Shown here: one piece after another, positions 60,498 through 64,000 of the stretch | Layout: every line of letters starts with the position of its first letter | Position numbering within the stretch: the stretch's first letter is position 1 | Source: Macrostomum lignano | Lineage: Eukaryota | Length of the DNA: 64,000 nucleotides | NCBI GenBank assembly: GCA_002269645.1 | Contig: NIVC01000414.1 | Span: 62,001-126,000, forward strand | Reading direction: 5' to 3' | Program-made: the position numbers and the translations under genes | The notes under the pieces: generated by a model | Seen by the model: the letters and a program-made list of their open reading frames with translations, nothing else | Told to the model about the DNA's origin: nothing | Database searches by the model: none

Positions 60498-61777
60498 GAC
60501 TGTAAGGAGAGCTGAGGGACTGTAGGGGGAGCTGAGGGACTGTAGGGAGAGCTGAGGGACTGTAGGGAGAGCTGAGGGACTGTAGGGATAGCTGAGGGAC
60601 TGTAGGGATAGCTGAGGGACTGTAGGGAGAGCTGAGGGACTGTAGGGGGAGCTGAGGGACTGTAGGGAGAGCTGAGGGACTTAGGGAGAGCTGAGGGACT
60701 GTAGGGATAGCTAAAGGAAATAGGGATAGCTAAGGGACTTAGGGAGAGCTAAGGGACTGTAGGGGAGCTAAGGGACTGTAGGGGGAGCTAAGGGACTGTA
60801 GGGGGAGCTAAGGGACTGTAGGGGAGCTAAGGAACTGTAGGGGGAGCTAAGGGACTGTAGGGGAGCTAAGGGACTGTAGGGATAGCTGAGGGACTGTAGG
60901 GGGAGCTGAAGGACTGTAGAAGGAGCTGAGGGACTGTAGGGAGAGCTGAGGGACTTAGGGAGAGCTGAGGGACTGTAGGGAGAGCTGAGGGACTTAGGGA
61001 GAGCTGAGGGACTGTAAGGAGAGCTGAGGGACTTAGGGAGAGCTGAGGGACTGTAGGGAGAGCTGAGGGACTTAGGGAGAGCTGAGGGACTGTAGGGAGA
61101 GCTGAGGGACTGTAGGGGGAGCTAAGGGACTGTAGGGGAGCTGAGGGACTGTAGGGAGAGCTGAGGGACTTAGGGAGAGCTGAGGGACTGTAAGGAGAGC
61201 TGAGGGACTTAGGGAGAGCTGAGGGACTGTAGGGAGAGCTGAGGGACTTAGGGAGAGCTGAGGGACTGTAGGGAGAGCTGAGGGACTTAGGGAGAGCTGA
61301 GGGACTGTAGGGATAGCTGAAGGACTGTAGGGAGAGCTGAGGGACTTAGGGAGAGCTGAGGGACTGTAGGGGGAGCTGAGGGACTGTAGGGAGAGCTGAG
61401 GGACTTAGGGAGAGCTGAGGGACTGTAGGGATAGCTAAAGGAAATAGGGATAGCTAAGGGACTTAGGGAGAGCTAAGGGACTGTAGGGGAGCTAAGGGAC
61501 TGTAGGGGGAGCTAAGGGACTGTAGGGGGAGCTAAGGGACTGTAGGGGGAGCTAAGGGACTGTAGGGGAGCTAAGGGACTGTAGGGATAGCTGAGGGACT
61601 GTAGAAGGAGCTAAGGGACTGTAGGGGGAGCTAAGGGACTGTAGGGATAGCTGAGGGACTGTAGAAGGAGCTAAGGGACTGTAGGGGGAGCTAAGGGACT
61701 GTAGGGGGAGCTGAAGGACTGTAGAAGGAGCTAAGGGACTGTAGGGGGAGCTAAGGGACTGTAGGGGGAGCTGAAGA
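60498..61777 (-). repeat. Same 20-bp repeat on the opposite strand, TGTAGGGAGAGCTGAGGGAC (right arm)
   Basis: Exact reverse complement of the left-arm unit, with 19-bp and CTAAG variants. Confidence 0.97.
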
Positions 61778-62482
61778 ACAAAGTTCATCTAACACATTTA
61801 CGCAAGCGAATGCAATCCACAATGCTTCCGGGCGCACATTTCCTTATTTTACATTCCCAATTCTGCTTTCGCCAGCTCCCTACTAGTCGCTTAAAATGAT
61901 GAAGCATCTCAGTCTCTGACATGCAACCCCCCTTGAATGTCTAGGAGCTTTAGCATCCATGAGAGCAGCAGTTTCTGTCTGTCGAACGAAGACTGACCCG
62001 TGTCCAGCCAGGGTCCCAACGCTGACAAATGACCATGCCTATGTATACAGTCTTAACGTCCACAGAGTCCTCCTTCAGTGGCTTCCTTGGCTTGGACCAA
62101 AAAGGTTCGGCAAACCTAAGGAAATTAAAGTTGCGCTACGGTTGCTAGGCTGCATTGACGGCCCAACTAATTCTGTTTTCTTGTCTGCTTTTTTGGAGAA
62201 GAATGAAGAAGGAGGAGGAACTGTTGCAGACCTGAAGGATGAATTGCTTTTTGTAGGCACCGCGAAACTGCCCCAGCTGGAGTCTGGGCTCCGGTGTAAG
62301 ATGAAGCTGGGAAGGAAGGTACGGCGTTTTGGAATGACAGGCTACTAATAAATCATTGGGGCACTTGATACAGCTTTCCTCTGGCTGCTTCTGGCTGCTC
62401 CCTGCATGTGCGGCGTCTGCTGGTACTGCAGTTAGTTTTCAGGGCGATGCGGGAACGCAAAGTGCAACTTGACTTGGTGGGT

Positions 62483-62642
<160 letters not shown>

Positions 62643-63414
62643 ATTTACTGTCTCGTCAATAGCCTATTTTATTGTCTCGTCAAATTTTACAATCCTATTA
62701 GGTGACCCAGCAGTCTCAGTATTCATATGGACTAAATGTATCACAAGAAACCCATAAGCCAAACTTACAAAGCGCCTTCAGAATCGGCCCAGTTGTCTCG
62801 ACCAAAACTTCTTTAGAAGATTTTGCTTCGAAGTTGACCGTTCAGAATTGAATTGCTTCTACTCAAGACGGTCCCATAAACAATTGCAGTAGCTTAACTT
62901 GCACCTGACATCGAGCTTTGTTTAACAAAATAGTTTGTTTATAAAAAAATCTGATGCAACTCTCTGTCTCTGCAGCTGAGTCTGTATTTTCTCTTTCCTA
63001 TTATTCTTTCAAGCTTTTCTTAGAACCGTTCGGCCGACAATTGAGACGGAGGGTGGGCGTTGACGAAGGGCTGAGCACACAGATGGGGGTGGAGGCTGCA
63101 GCAATCTGGAGAGTGTCGGGTAAGCCAGCTAGAGGGGGGAAACTCGCCGAGGATTCAAATTTTATTTGTTTGAAAAAGCCAGCAGGGGTCGCGGCTCGGC
63201 ATGAGTGGCTATTGCTGCATTGCAACCTGTAGCCTAGTGGGCTTTGGCAGGCACTTTATTGGCTGGACAAGCCCTGAGCCAATGCCGGTGTAGCTGCTAG
63301 AGGGGGGGGGGGAAAAGCAAGATGCACATTTCTATCCACTCTTATGAACAGCGATTGAAGCTTTTAAAATTTGACAGCGTAGGTTTTTAAAAATAATTTT
63401 TGCTTCTCGTTGGC

Positions 63415-64000
63415 TTCAAAATCAGTGTACATATCTTCTGACCTAGGGTTGTGTGGTCTTTGGGGGGTAGGCTCCCCCGGGCTCCAAAATCAGTGTACAT
63501 ATTCTCTGACCTAGGGTTGTCTGGTCTTTGGGGGGTTGGCTAATTCGGGCTCCAAAATCAGTGTACATATTCTCTGACCTAGGGTTGTCTGGTCTTTGGG
63601 GGGTTGGCTCATTCGGGCTCCAAAATCAGTGTACATATTCTCTGACCTAGGGTTGTCTGGTCTTTGGGGGGTTGGCTCATTCGGGCTCCAAAATCAGTGT
63701 ACATATTCTCTGACCTAGGGTTGTCTGGTCTTTGGGGGGTTGGTTTTCGCGAGCCCCAAAATCAGTGTACATATCCTCTGGCCAAGGGTTTGTGATCTTT
63801 AGGGGGTTGGCTCCTGCGGGCTCCAAAATCAGTGTACATATCTTCTGGCCTAGGGTTGTGTGGTCTTTGGGGGGTTGGCTTCCCCGGACTCCAAAATCAG
63901 TGTACATATTCTCTGACCTAGGGTTGCGTGGTCTTTGGGGGGTTGGCTCATTCGGGCTCCAAAATCAGTGTACATATCTTCTGGCCTAGGGTTGTGTGGT
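63415..64000. repeat. 68-bp tandem repeat running off the window end
   Basis: CCAAAATCAGTGTACATAT at 63484, 63552 and 63620 (68-bp spacing). Confidence 0.95.

Noticed and set aside
61959-62348. 129-aa ORF
   Set aside because: No recognisable motif, splice context or codon bias.

Overview
Animal genomic DNA with spliceosomal introns, GC-rich exons encoding poly-Ala/poly-Gln tracts, and dense mini/microsatellites. The style resembles a free-living flatworm such as Macrostomum, but that is inference only. Four multi-exon genes can be assembled by hand with phase-consistent splice sites: (1) an ADA2-family adaptor (ZZ-SANT-SWIRM, +, 9706-14063); (2) a Friend-of-GATA/U-shaped (ZFPM) zinc-finger gene with an N-terminal PR-like domain (-, about 24684-17680), with one frame break near its 3' end; (3) a Shaw/Kv3-family K+ channel (+, 34299-40877/41915) with an atypical S6 gate (TVP instead of PVP) and a possible alternative last exon; (4) an SH3 + proline-rich + RVxF protein (-, 47126-44340), also with a -1 frame break. 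Mobile DNA includes a decayed THAP/P-element transposase (1-1440), three adjacent inverted-repeat elements (5.8-8.7 kb), two copies of a tRNA-derived SINE with a CORE-like middle, and a 2.85-kb structure of inverted minisatellite arms. Regulatory signals are WGATAR clusters around the FOG gene and a 20-bp perfect X-box palindrome upstream of the K+ channel. No CRISPR array, rRNA or intact tRNA was seen, and I cannot establish a wholly new biological system. The best leads are the atypical channel, the GATA-FOG feedback signature, the paired frame breaks and the foldback-like elements.
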